Assembly: GCA_965219415.1 (NCBI GenBank)
Contig: CBDCNP010000002.1
Location: 416,001-480,000, forward strand
DNA length: 64,000 nt
Reading direction: 5' to 3'
Origin: Candidatus Marinacidobacterales bacterium
GTDB taxonomy: Bacteria > Acidobacteriota > Vicinamibacteria > Marinacidobacterales > DATDRI01
Position numbers and translations under genes: made by a program. The first letter of the stretch is position 1, and each line of letters begins with the position of its first letter. The notes beneath the pieces were generated by a model. The model saw nothing but the letters and a program-made list of their open reading frames with translations. It was not told the DNA's origin and did not search any database. This document shows, in pieces, positions 9,374 through 18,206 of this stretch.

Positions 9374-9455
9374 GACGACCCAACCGACTCCAAGAACGAC
9401 GACTTAGAAGAGGGAGGATGCGTAAGAACATCTGACTTCGGAATTCCGGCCACAG

Positions 9456-9475
9456 CCTCAGGGGATTTTAAGTCC
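9456..9475 (-). repeat. Short tRNA-Leu(UAA) anticodon-arm fragment; direct repeat of 10278-10298
   Basis: CCTCAGGGGATTTTAAGTCC versus CCTCAAGGGGATTTTAAGTCC (one indel). Confidence 0.7.
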
Positions 9476-9529
9476 TCTGAGGGACCACTCTTGACCACAC
9501 GGAGAGGCAACACAGCTTTAAGCCGTGCA

Positions 9530-9856
9530 TTAGTGAGTCACCGCGCTTCCCAATACGTTATAGGAGTGTCGATATTTTCGTCGGCCGTGGAGGACTCGGT
9601 AAATCCGAATCTGGCGTCGCAACACTTTGTAGAAGATTAGATATTCGTTCTCTATGAGGATGCGGTAACCGCGAGCTCGAAGGACCTCGTCCTTTGGCAG
9701 GACGCCACGTTCGGGCAACTTGGCCAAGCTCTCGATCCTGTCTAGGAGCGCGTCGACCAACCGCTCCGCAGCCTTTGGGCGATCCCGCTGGACGTAGTCG
9801 CGAATCTCGTTGAGGTCCGTTTGGGCCCGGCGAAGAATCCGGACCGAGCGTGTCAT
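9530..9856 (-). CDS. Type II toxin, RelE/ParE family
   Basis: VRILRRAQTDLNEIRDYV..IESLAKLPERG..YLIFYKV..IYRVLHGRR. ATGA-coupled to the antitoxin. The true C-terminus is probably ..RHLL* (1-nt slip near 9565). Confidence 0.88.
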   Translation of the reverse strand: MTRSVRILRRAQTDLNEIRDYVQRDRPKAAERLVDALLDRIESLAKLPERGVLPKDEVLRARGYRILIENEYLIFYKVLRRQIRIYRVLHGRRKYRHSYNVLGSAVTH

Positions 9857-10107
9857 CGCCTCAGCAGTTTCCTCATCTTTGCCGCGCTTATGCCCCTATC
9901 GCCAGCGCGGACATCCTCTTCTGCCTCCCCGAGGAGTCGGTAGAGCTCAAGACGAGCCTGATCGCGCTCGTACGTGGCGAGGCTCATGACAACCAAGTCG
10001 CCCTCCCCGTTCTTTGTGATAAAGACGGGCTCGCCAGTATCGTGGCAGACCTGCGAGATCTCAAGGCTCTTGTTCCGCAGGTCCGAGATGGGTCGTATTC
10101 GTGCCAT
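9853..10107 (-). CDS. Type II antitoxin, Phd/YefM family
   Basis: IRPISDLRN..GEPVFITKNGEGDLVVMS..YE. Confidence 0.9.
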   Translation of the reverse strand: MARIRPISDLRNKSLEISQVCHDTGEPVFITKNGEGDLVVMSLATYERDQARLELYRLLGEAEEDVRAGDRGISAAKMRKLLRR

Positions 10108-10132
10108 GCGCTTCCCCTTTTCGATTTCAGCA

Positions 10133-10148
10133 TATCATAATTATGATA
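10133..10148. promoter_or_regulatory. Perfect 16-bp palindrome TATCATAATTATGATA, likely the TA autoregulatory operator
   Basis: Self-complementary and AT-rich, 25 nt upstream of the antitoxin ATG; Phd-family antitoxins bind palindromes in their own promoter. Confidence 0.7.
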
Positions 10149-10237
10149 CGCGAACAAGAAAACCTCGTGGGCCGGCACCCGCCATCAACTGCAGTTTGGG
10201 GGTGCAGTTCAAAATGTGATGACCCGCTATGACTACC

Positions 10238-10300
10238 TGGTGCCGGGGGCGGGACTCGAACCCGTCACGAGGGGTCACCTCAAGGGGATTTTAAGTCCCC
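10238..10300 (-). pseudogene. 3' part of tRNA-Leu(UAA), from anticodon arm to CCA; att-site-like fragment lacking the 5' acceptor strand and D arm
   Basis: Minus strand reads GGGGA-CTTAAAA-TCCCC, long variable arm, CGGG-TTCGAGT-CCCG, CCCCGGC-A-CCA; the upstream sequence is not tRNA-like. Confidence 0.85.
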
Positions 10301-10432
10301 AAAACGGCCTGGACTTTGGGTATCGAGGGGGCAGGCTGCGGTGGCGCATTATTATTGGGAAGCCCCCATGCGGATTCGTCTCGCTGCCTAAGCCACCGAT
10401 CGAGAAGCCCCTGAGAAATACGAGCCGCTTCC

Positions 10433-10882
10433 CTACTCGACTCGCTTCAAGACGAGTTGCGCCGTCGACGGTAGATCGATGATGACCTTGTCGCTCTCGA
10501 CTGAATATTTGGCACCGTCGAGGCTCGCCTCCGGCCCGTACCAGACCTCGGTCTCCTGAAACTCCTTCTTGGGATCCATGTGGAGCTCCATGTCTACCAC
10601 CATGCTGATCGTTTCCGGCCCGGTAATCTCGTAGGTACCGTGGTGTGCTTCCGAGAAATCCTTCTGTCGGACATCGCGATTGAAGAACGCAACGTGAAGC
10701 CAATGCTTATCTCCAAACATCATGTATCCGTCGGTCTTGTAACGGACTTGGCTATCGGCCTTGACGTAGGATTCCATCCACCAAGTCCCTTTCAAATCCA
10801 AGTTCCCACTCTGCCCGACTCCGACTCCGACCCCCAGCGCTACGAAGACGAGAACTACAGAGAGAGCTATTAGTTTTTTCAC
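10433..10882 (-). CDS. Secreted lipocalin-like beta-barrel protein
   Basis: Signal peptide MKKLIALSVVLVFVALG; LKGTW (GxW) and HGTYEI strands; RBS GAGGAGG before the GTG start. Confidence 0.6.
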   Translation of the reverse strand: MKKLIALSVVLVFVALGVGVGVGQSGNLDLKGTWWMESYVKADSQVRYKTDGYMMFGDKHWLHVAFFNRDVRQKDFSEAHHGTYEITGPETISMVVDMELHMDPKKEFQETEVWYGPEASLDGAKYSVESDKVIIDLPSTAQLVLKRVE

Positions 10883-10912
10883 TTCATCCTCCTCGAAGTT
10901 TGGTTGCGATCC

Positions 10913-12331
10913 TTATTCGGATGTTGGAGCAGGAGCCCCTTGAAAGGCCAATTCACCCCGCTCGAAAACCCGACCGTTAAGTATGACGACTTCGATATCT
11001 CGAAGATTCCTGATGTCATCCAAAGGATTCCGATTCAAAAGTACTAGGTCGGCCAGCTTTCCTGCTTCGATGGTACCCAACCGATCCCCGGCTCCGATCA
11101 TCATCGCAGCGTTTCGGGTACCGGCAACGATGGCATCCATGGGGGTCAACCCCGACTGCACCAAGAGCTCGAACTCGCGAGGCACATTGTAGCCTTGCAG
11201 AGAATGAATGACCGCGCCTCCCGCGTCTGTGCCCACGGTGAGCTTGACGCCGGCGTCGAAAAACCTCTTGGTGTTCTCCTTCATGGTTGCCACCGTGTCT
11301 CTCGCCCATTGGATTGAATCCGTTTTCAAGAAACCGTCCATCCCGCCAACCGCCCGCTCGAGGGTCTCTTCGCTCTGCAAGGTTTCGGCGACGAAGTCCG
11401 GTACGGAAGCCTTCAAGATCGGATGTTCCCAAAGCTCGGGCTCATCCATGTAGCGGTAGAAAGACTCGAAGAGAACGAGGGTCGGCGTAACGAAGATATC
11501 CGCCGCCGCCATCTCTCCGGGAAGTAGGTCGTCTGCCGGAAGGGGATCTTCGAGCATGTGCACGATGGCACGAGGCGTGACTGCGAGCGCGTCTCGATAC
11601 TCCTTGAGGTCCATGGCGTGGATCATCAACGGCACCCCACCCTCGCGGCAACGCTCGGCAACGAGTGCCATGAGCTCAGGGTCCATGCGGGGAAATGCGT
11701 TCGATGTCCCCAAGCCATTCTCGTAGATGACTTTCACTAGATCGATATTCGCCGCGAAGTAGTTGTTCAGGCGCTCATCGACTTCCTCGGACGTGGTCAC
11801 TCCGCCTCCGTGGCGGCCTCCCCATCCGTCCGGAGCCGTAAAATGCACTCCCCCGGTGTAGAAGCGGGGAGAGAGGACCTTTCCTCCACGCTCTTTGCTC
11901 CGATGCTCGAGGGCCCAATCGACGTTGGGAGAGGATAAGTTAATCAGGGTCGTGACGCCGTTGTACAGAAACGCTCTCGGATTGTTTTCCAGCGCCCGTT
12001 CCTTCTGCTCGTCGGAGAGGCCAAACCCGTTGGTCGACTCGAGATGCGAGTGGGCGTCGATGAGACCGGGGACCAAATACTTCCCGGTGGCATCCACAAT
12101 CTTTGCGTTCGCCGGCAGAGATGCTTCGGCGGCGTCCACGCTTTCGATGCGATTCCCCCTGATAACAACAATCGAGTCCGCTCGAGGGACCGAGCCCGTG
12201 CCGTCGATGAGCGTCGCCCCCTTGATAACGAGGGCGGGTTCCCCGCTTGCTTGTTCGACCGGTGGGGCGGCGCATGCAGCAGCAACCACAGCGGCGCCTG
12301 CGATGAGAGCCCATTCAGTTCTGTGAAGCAT
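10913..12331 (-). CDS. Exported metal-dependent amidohydrolase (lipoprotein)
   Basis: Lipobox AAAC; TLIDGTG, PGLIDAHSH, GVTT, VKVI, GTDAG, GTIEAGKLADLV. Confidence 0.88.
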   Translation of the reverse strand: MLHRTEWALIAGAAVVAAACAAPPVEQASGEPALVIKGATLIDGTGSVPRADSIVVIRGNRIESVDAAEASLPANAKIVDATGKYLVPGLIDAHSHLESTNGFGLSDEQKERALENNPRAFLYNGVTTLINLSSPNVDWALEHRSKERGGKVLSPRFYTGGVHFTAPDGWGGRHGGGVTTSEEVDERLNNYFAANIDLVKVIYENGLGTSNAFPRMDPELMALVAERCREGGVPLMIHAMDLKEYRDALAVTPRAIVHMLEDPLPADDLLPGEMAAADIFVTPTLVLFESFYRYMDEPELWEHPILKASVPDFVAETLQSEETLERAVGGMDGFLKTDSIQWARDTVATMKENTKRFFDAGVKLTVGTDAGGAVIHSLQGYNVPREFELLVQSGLTPMDAIVAGTRNAAMMIGAGDRLGTIEAGKLADLVLLNRNPLDDIRNLRDIEVVILNGRVFERGELAFQGAPAPTSE

Positions 12332-12343
12332 GTCTGCGCCTCC

Positions 12344-13741
12344 TCAGCTCGCCTTGTAGGCAAAATCGGCCCGAGGGTGTACCTGGCCGTCGCGAACGAT
12401 GAGTTCGATTCGTCGTACGTTTTCGATGTCTTCGAGAGGATTGGCGTCGAGAATCAAAAGATCCGCCAGTTTTCCCGCCTCTATAGTCCCTAACTCGTCT
12501 TGGGCGCCGATGAGCTCCGCTCCGACCCGAGTAGCAGCCACCAGGGTCTCCATCGGGCTGAACCCACACTCGACGAAGAGCTTCATCTCCCAAGGCGTGT
12601 TGTAACCCTGAAAATTCCAACCGACCCGTCCCCCGGCATCGGTTCCTATCCCTTGTTTGACGCCTGCCTCGTGCATCTTGGTAATGTTTTCCTTGAAGAT
12701 CGGAATCTTTTCCGCCACCCAATCATAAATCGCATCGCCGGCGATCTTCTGGAAGCGGGCATGCTCTTCTTCCATGAAGTCGGGGCGGCGCATTCGCTCT
12801 AGCAGAAAAGTCGGCACGGTTCCCATCAAAACCGGATCGTCGAACCCTCCCGGCCGCTTGTCATAGTGAAGAAACGCTTCGAAGAGACTAACGGTTGGAA
12901 TGACCGCGACATTGTTGTCCGCCATGTCCTGAAAAAGCGGGTCACCTTCCGGCACGCGCTCCTCCAAACCGTGGACGATGGCGCGAGGTCGAATGGAAAC
13001 CGCCTTTCGATACTCTCTGAGATTGATAGCGTGTACGTAAACCGGTACATCGTCCGCGGCGGCAGCTTCCGCGACGGCCTCGAGCATATCGTCGGGTATC
13101 AATGGAACGAGGCCAGACTTGTCGGCAAGTCCGTCTTCGATCACGATCTTGAAACCGTCAGTACCCCGAGCGATGTAGTCTGCGGCTCGCTGGCGAGCCG
13201 CTTCTGCATCTTTGAGCGCGCCTCCGTGCTGGCTTCCCCATCCGCCCTCTGGAGCGAAAGAGCGTCCCATCGCGTAGATCCTAGGCGAGACGATGCGACC
13301 TTCCCTCTGCGCCGCACGGCGTGCCCAAATCCACTCCTCGGTCGAGGACAAATTGAGAACGGTGGTGACGCCGTTGTAAAGCAGAGAGGTGCCGTTGTGC
13401 TCGATGATCTGTTCTCTTTCCTCTGGCGATATCTGATAGGCGATGGGTGCATCCAAATGGATGTGGGTGTCGATGAGTCCGGGAACGACGAATTTGCCCG
13501 TGGCGTCGACAACCGTAGCCCCACGGGGAGGCTCGAGATCAACCCCTATCGCCTCGATTCGGTTGCCGCGGATCCAGATGTTGGCGCCTTCCCGTGGCGC
13601 TCCACCGGTCCCGTCGATGAGGGTGGCATTCTGGATGAAGACGCCTTCTTGAACCGGCTCCGGCTCACTGCTGCAGGCCCAGAGAGCCCCTACCAAGACG
13701 AGCAAAACACCTAGAAAACTGCTGTCGATCCTCTTCATCAC
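12344..13741 (-). CDS. Exported metal-dependent amidohydrolase (lipoprotein); paralog of 61152-62558
   Basis: Lipobox LWAC; PGLIDTHIHLDAP, DGFKIV, VHAINL, GTDAGG, GKLADL. Confidence 0.88.
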   Translation of the reverse strand: MMKRIDSSFLGVLLVLVGALWACSSEPEPVQEGVFIQNATLIDGTGGAPREGANIWIRGNRIEAIGVDLEPPRGATVVDATGKFVVPGLIDTHIHLDAPIAYQISPEEREQIIEHNGTSLLYNGVTTVLNLSSTEEWIWARRAAQREGRIVSPRIYAMGRSFAPEGGWGSQHGGALKDAEAARQRAADYIARGTDGFKIVIEDGLADKSGLVPLIPDDMLEAVAEAAAADDVPVYVHAINLREYRKAVSIRPRAIVHGLEERVPEGDPLFQDMADNNVAVIPTVSLFEAFLHYDKRPGGFDDPVLMGTVPTFLLERMRRPDFMEEEHARFQKIAGDAIYDWVAEKIPIFKENITKMHEAGVKQGIGTDAGGRVGWNFQGYNTPWEMKLFVECGFSPMETLVAATRVGAELIGAQDELGTIEAGKLADLLILDANPLEDIENVRRIELIVRDGQVHPRADFAYKAS

Positions 13742-13792
13742 GGACTTCCTCCTGTTTCCGCCACGGCGTCCTCACAAAACCGACAAAGGGCG

Positions 13793-15079
13793 TCAGATTC
13801 TAACCTTCTTTTCCAAGAGCGTATATAGCACAACGATAGCGACGAGCGGCATCGTAGCCACCAAGGCAAAGACGGGTGGATAACCAACGTGGTCCACGAG
13901 CCATCCGGTGCCTAGTGTCAAAGCCAAACCACCGAGTCCGGCCCCCATTCCGCTGAGCCCTGTCACCGAGCCCACCGCCTCCCGCGGAAAGGCTTCGCCA
14001 CAAAGCGACATCATGTTGGGGGCCCATAGCCCGAAGCCAAAGGTTGCCACGCTGATTCCAGTGAAGGTGACCAGAATCGGAAACGGGAAGGCGGCGAGCG
14101 CCCCCGCGGTCATCATGATCATCCCCGCCGCCATGACCACCAGACGTGCCTTGATGACTGGAACGCCCCGCTTGATGAAGAGATCGGAGAACCACCCGCC
14201 AAGCAAAATTCCTACTCCCTGAGCTGCAAAGGGAATCCACGCGTAGCGGCCGATCTCGGCGAGACTGAAGCCGGCGTCGCGTTTGAAGTACTCGGGCAAC
14301 CAATAGTGGTAGAACCAGGAATTGGGATCGGCAAACATGCGCGCCAGTATGACGGCCCAAACACTCCGCGAGCGCAACAGCGAGAGATAGGGGATGTGAG
14401 AACTGCTCGAGGGGGCAACGGGCTCGCTCTCTCGAATCACCTCCAGCTCGGACGGTGTGATGCGGGGATGCTGCTCCGGCAGTCGGTAAACCGCCCACCA
14501 AACCAACACCCAGACGATGCCCAATAATCCCGTCAAGATAAAGGCGGCGCGCCAACCGAGCGAGAGCGTGATCCAAGCCACGAACGGCACCGAGACGACC
14601 AGCCCCACACTGGTTCCGGCACCCCAGATCCCGTTGGCCAAGCCGCGCTCGTGCTTGGGCAACCACTCGGAGACCCCTCGTACACATGCCGCCCAACTTC
14701 CTGCCTCTCCGGCCCCCAGGAGAAAACGGAAGATCGAAAAGGACATCACGCCTCTTCCGAAACCATGGAGCATGGCCGCTGCCGACCACCAAAGCATGAT
14801 GACCGCAAAGCCCTTGCGGGTTCCTATGCGGTCGATCATCCAGCCGGTTACCGGCTGCATGATGGTGTAAGCGATGAGGAAGCTGGAGAGGATGCGAGCG
14901 TAGCCGAAGTTGGAGATGCCTAGGTCGTCGCGGAGCGTCGGGGCGACTACCGCGAGCGTTTGCCGATCGACATAACTGATGGCAGTGGCCAGGAACAAGA
15001 GAGCAACGATCCACCAGCGGAGATTAGGTATCTGTCGCACCGGCCCCCTTGCGACCGAATCTGTGCCTCGACTCTGCAA
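13793..15079 (-). CDS. MFS transporter (ACS/ExuT-like); paralog of 876-2141
   Basis: LRWWIVALLFLATAISYVDRQ, DRIGTRKG, GEAGSW, WLPEYF; exact start uncertain. Confidence 0.9.
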   Translation of the reverse strand: MQSRGTDSVARGPVRQIPNLRWWIVALLFLATAISYVDRQTLAVVAPTLRDDLGISNFGYARILSSFLIAYTIMQPVTGWMIDRIGTRKGFAVIMLWWSAAAMLHGFGRGVMSFSIFRFLLGAGEAGSWAACVRGVSEWLPKHERGLANGIWGAGTSVGLVVSVPFVAWITLSLGWRAAFILTGLLGIVWVLVWWAVYRLPEQHPRITPSELEVIRESEPVAPSSSSHIPYLSLLRSRSVWAVILARMFADPNSWFYHYWLPEYFKRDAGFSLAEIGRYAWIPFAAQGVGILLGGWFSDLFIKRGVPVIKARLVVMAAGMIMMTAGALAAFPFPILVTFTGISVATFGFGLWAPNMMSLCGEAFPREAVGSVTGLSGMGAGLGGLALTLGTGWLVDHVGYPPVFALVATMPLVAIVVLYTLLEKKVRI

Positions 15080-15082
15080 TGC

Positions 15083-15982
15083 CTACCGGGCTCGTATCAT
15101 TTCTAGAATCGCGACAAACAGCTCGCTATCCGCATCGCCCAGTGACCGGGCGGTCTCGGCATGGTCCATGCCCTTGAGCATGATGAGCTTCGCGTCGACT
15201 CCGCTGCCCTTCAGTTTTTCCATGAACTCCCGAGATGACTCTCCGTAGGGTTCTTCCGTACCGACCGCGACGATGAACCGTGGTGAGGGGTTGTTGATGT
15301 TGAAGAACGGAGCGGCCTGCTCGCGATTTGACTCGTCGATGAATCCGGGAAGCCCGCTTATGTCTTTCAGGTGATAGGGACCGCTGATCGGCGCCACTCC
15401 CTTGATGAGACCAATGGGAACGCCGTGCTTTTCCCCCCACACGCCATTTGCACCGGCGAAACCCGAGAGGATCGCCCCGGCAGAATGCCCGCCGACGTAG
15501 ATGAGCTCGGGGTCGCCACCAAAGGAGGTGATGTTCTCGTGAATCCAAGCCACCGCCGCCGCCACGTCCTCGGACTGAGAGGGGAAGCCGAAACCGTCCA
15601 CGGTCAGTCGGTAGCTCGCCACCGCGGTGATGATTCCGTGCTCGGCAAAAGGAAGGGCGATGCCCCCGTAATGCGCACGGTCTCCCTCGCGGAAGCCTCC
15701 GCCGTGCAGGAACAAGAAGGTCGCCGCTTCGTCCGGCTGCCCTTTGGGTAGATACAGATCGAGCTTCTGCTTCAGGTCTTTCCCAAATGCTAGGTCCAGG
15801 TGGTTTGGCAGTTCCATGCGCGCCTTCGCGGTGTCCGCATCGTTCGCATCGTAGAACGCGACCCAATCGATGCTGAACTCACCGGCGTGGACTTGTGTGT
15901 AGTACTTTGATCGATCCTGCGCCGACATCGAAACGGTCGCGAGGAGATAACCCACCACCGCAAAGATTGCCGTCCTACTCAT
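15083..15982 (-). CDS. Secreted alpha/beta hydrolase (HSL/arylformamidase-like)
   Basis: Signal peptide; KLDLYLP, HGGGF, YRL, GHSAG nucleophile elbow, C-terminal DH; RBS AAAGGAG before ATG 15982. Confidence 0.85.
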   Translation of the reverse strand: MSRTAIFAVVGYLLATVSMSAQDRSKYYTQVHAGEFSIDWVAFYDANDADTAKARMELPNHLDLAFGKDLKQKLDLYLPKGQPDEAATFLFLHGGGFREGDRAHYGGIALPFAEHGIITAVASYRLTVDGFGFPSQSEDVAAAVAWIHENITSFGGDPELIYVGGHSAGAILSGFAGANGVWGEKHGVPIGLIKGVAPISGPYHLKDISGLPGFIDESNREQAAPFFNINNPSPRFIVAVGTEEPYGESSREFMEKLKGSGVDAKLIMLKGMDHAETARSLGDADSELFVAILEMIRAR

Positions 15983-16027
15983 GAACAAACTCCTTTCCGC
16001 TGTCACGTTGTCCCGTGCGCTCAACCA

Positions 16028-16942
16028 TTATTTCGGTGGAACGTCGATCACCATCGCGTCTTCCGCCAGGATGACTTCTCCCGAGAAATTCTTCTTCGCG
16101 TCTTGAACGATCTTGTCCCAGATTTCTGGCGAGCGACGCTTGCCGTAGTACATCGAGGCCATTTCGATCGCGGCATCGGCCGAGGTGTAGGGTCCAAGAT
16201 GAGTCAATATCAGCGTCTTGACCCCCGCCTCCTGGGCCACTCTACCGGCGCCCAAGGGCCCCGAGTGGCTCCACATCTTGCGTTCTTCGATGATTTCGTC
16301 GAGAAAGGCCGTGTCATGAATGAGATAGTCCGCACCCCGCGCGAGGTCGATCATCCCTTGACAGGGGCTGGTGTCGCCGCTGATCGCGACGACTCCGTAA
16401 GGAGTCTCGACCCGGTAACCGACGGAAGGCAACCCGACCCTCTGATGATGTTCGACATCTCCGACGATGACCTTGAAATTACTCCCTTCGTAGACGAAGC
16501 CGGTCTCGATGTCCTCGACTTCGACGGCCGGAGTGTCCATGGGCTTGTGCTTGATATGGGGCGGCAAGGCCTTTATGTATGCCCTCACGAACGCCACGTC
16601 CGCTTTGTGGGACTCGAAGATCGTCGCACTCGACATATGAGTGGTCCCGTTCGGACCGTAGACTTTGAGTACTTTCCTGCGACCACAGTTCCAGGTGGTC
16701 ATGATCAAGTAACCGTAGTCGCACATGTGGTCCCAGTGCAGGTGCGTGAAAAACAAATAATCGACGTCCATCGGGTTGATCCCGGCTTTCACCAGGTTGA
16801 CGGTGGTTCGCTCTCCGCAGTCAAACAAGAGGATGGTGTCATCGACAATCACCGCCTGGCTCGGATTTCCCCGGTCCGGGTCGGGAACCGCCGAGCCCGA
16901 ACCGAGTATCGCAACCTTCATCCCTTTCAGGCCTTTCGCCAT
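16028..16942 (-). CDS. MBL-fold metallo-hydrolase (RNase Z/AtsA-like)
   Basis: LGSGSAVP, DCG, THLHWDH, SGDT, HD, LTH motifs. Confidence 0.85.
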   Translation of the reverse strand: MAKGLKGMKVAILGSGSAVPDPDRGNPSQAVIVDDTILLFDCGERTTVNLVKAGINPMDVDYLFFTHLHWDHMCDYGYLIMTTWNCGRRKVLKVYGPNGTTHMSSATIFESHKADVAFVRAYIKALPPHIKHKPMDTPAVEVEDIETGFVYEGSNFKVIVGDVEHHQRVGLPSVGYRVETPYGVVAISGDTSPCQGMIDLARGADYLIHDTAFLDEIIEERKMWSHSGPLGAGRVAQEAGVKTLILTHLGPYTSADAAIEMASMYYGKRRSPEIWDKIVQDAKKNFSGEVILAEDAMVIDVPPK

Positions 16943-16952
16943 GCTCCCTCCG

Positions 16953-17600
16953 CTACCGCTCGTTCATTCGCGCTAGGTAATCCAAGACTTCCTTTAGGGT
17001 GACGACGTCCCCGTACCGTTGATCGATATCGATGAGGTTGGCCTCATTCGCCAGCGGCGACCGATCGCCTACCGCCTCTCGAACAACCAGGGGACGAAAA
17101 CAGTGTTGCGCCGCATCAACCGCCGAGGCCCTCACGCAACCGCTGGTCACGCATCCGCAAATCAGCAGCGTGTCGATCCCGCGCTCCGAAAGCTCTGCAG
17201 CCAGCTCGGTACCGAAAAAAGCCGAGCCCTGCTGCTTCGGGACGACGAGGTCGGTATCCCGACGCGGCAAGCGAGGGTCGACCCGAGTCCAACGAGAGCC
17301 TTTCTCGAGGACGGCAACCCGGGGCGACTTCACTCCTAGCAAGATCTTTTTCCCTTCATCGCCAACGTATTCAACCGTCGTGAAAACTGTGGAGATTCCA
17401 CATCGCTCCGCCGCCTTCAAGATCTGGACCGTCGCCTCGATTTCATCGTCCCAGTCGCCTCCGAGCGGGGACTCGCTGCTGGTGAAACCCTCGATGAAAT
17501 CAACGACCAGCACGGCGGGGGCTTTACCGGCACCCATGCGAGGCGCGCAGGTGTAAGGGTAGTGAGTCCGAATCCCCGCTAGCAGGTCTTCTTTTGTCAT
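16953..17600 (-). CDS. Isochorismatase-family cysteine amidase (maleamate amidohydrolase / N-carbamoylsarcosine amidase-like)
   Basis: VVDF..GFT, K..SAFFGT, GCVTSGCVRASAVDA, VREAVGDR, IDQRYGDV. Confidence 0.88.
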   Translation of the reverse strand: MTKEDLLAGIRTHYPYTCAPRMGAGKAPAVLVVDFIEGFTSSESPLGGDWDDEIEATVQILKAAERCGISTVFTTVEYVGDEGKKILLGVKSPRVAVLEKGSRWTRVDPRLPRRDTDLVVPKQQGSAFFGTELAAELSERGIDTLLICGCVTSGCVRASAVDAAQHCFRPLVVREAVGDRSPLANEANLIDIDQRYGDVVTLKEVLDYLARMNER

Positions 17601-18100
17601 CAATCCTTGCGTTCGGGAGGGTCAATCCCCTGTATGCGCAGAAGGATGTAAACCTGGCCGCGGTGATGCGCTTCCTCCTGCACGATGCTCCATAACAAGC
17701 GCTCGATGGAAAGCTCGACCCGGAACGCAGGGAGTTCCTTTTCCAGATCCGCCGGCATGAGGTCGGCATAGGCTTTGACGGTGGTTTCGTGGACCTTGTG
17801 CAAAAGCTTGATGCAGTCGTCAACAGTGGGAGCGTCTTCGGGCGGAAAGACACTCCCAGTCAGTATGTCCTTCGGCTCGTTGTCCAAAATGATCTTGTCG
17901 ATGATGTAATGCTCGACGTAGGCGATGTGTCGAAGCGTGTCGTTGATACTCCTCCGCCCGTTCTCCGGGATCCAGTTGAATACCGACTCGACTTCCTCGG
18001 GAGTCTTTTCCGCTCTCAATTTTTCCACGACTCGTTCCAGTCCATCGAACAGCTGTTTTCGCTCGCGCTCCCAGTAGGGGTAGAGATCGTCTATCTTCAT
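17600..18100 (-). CDS. DinB/YfiT-family protein
   Basis: RSINDTLRHIAYVE ... EEAHHRGQVYILLRIQGIDPP; RBS AGAAAGGAG before ATG 18100. Confidence 0.85.
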   Translation of the reverse strand: MKIDDLYPYWERERKQLFDGLERVVEKLRAEKTPEEVESVFNWIPENGRRSINDTLRHIAYVEHYIIDKIILDNEPKDILTGSVFPPEDAPTVDDCIKLLHKVHETTVKAYADLMPADLEKELPAFRVELSIERLLWSIVQEEAHHRGQVYILLRIQGIDPPERKD

Positions 18101-18123
18101 GAGTATGAGTGCTCCTTTCTCAA

Positions 18124-18195
18124 TGCGGCGGGGCCCCACCCCCACCGCCGTCCCTTCGCCGGCAAGCGGCTTCGGGACAGCTGATGGCTCCTCGC
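18124..18195 (-). repeat. GC-rich double-hairpin intergenic element (REP-like or structured RNA)
   Basis: Minus strand: GCUGUCCC..GCCG-CUUGC-CGGC..GGGACGGC, overlapping GCGGUGGGG-GUGGGG-CCCCGCCGC; both stems need G-U pairs available only on the minus strand. Confidence 0.45.
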
Positions 18196-18206
18196 GCAGG
18201 GCGTAG

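Noticed and set aside
10238-10330. Functional tRNA-Leu(UAA) gene
   Set aside because: The 5' acceptor strand and D arm are absent; sequence upstream of the anticodon stem cannot pair with CCCCGGC
18140-18195. Fluoride riboswitch or self-cleaving ribozyme (GCTGATGGCTCCT, CTCCTCGC)
   Set aside because: The resemblance is on the antisense strand, the 5' GGxGAUG..CxCC element is not properly formed, and hammerhead or HDV cores cannot be completed
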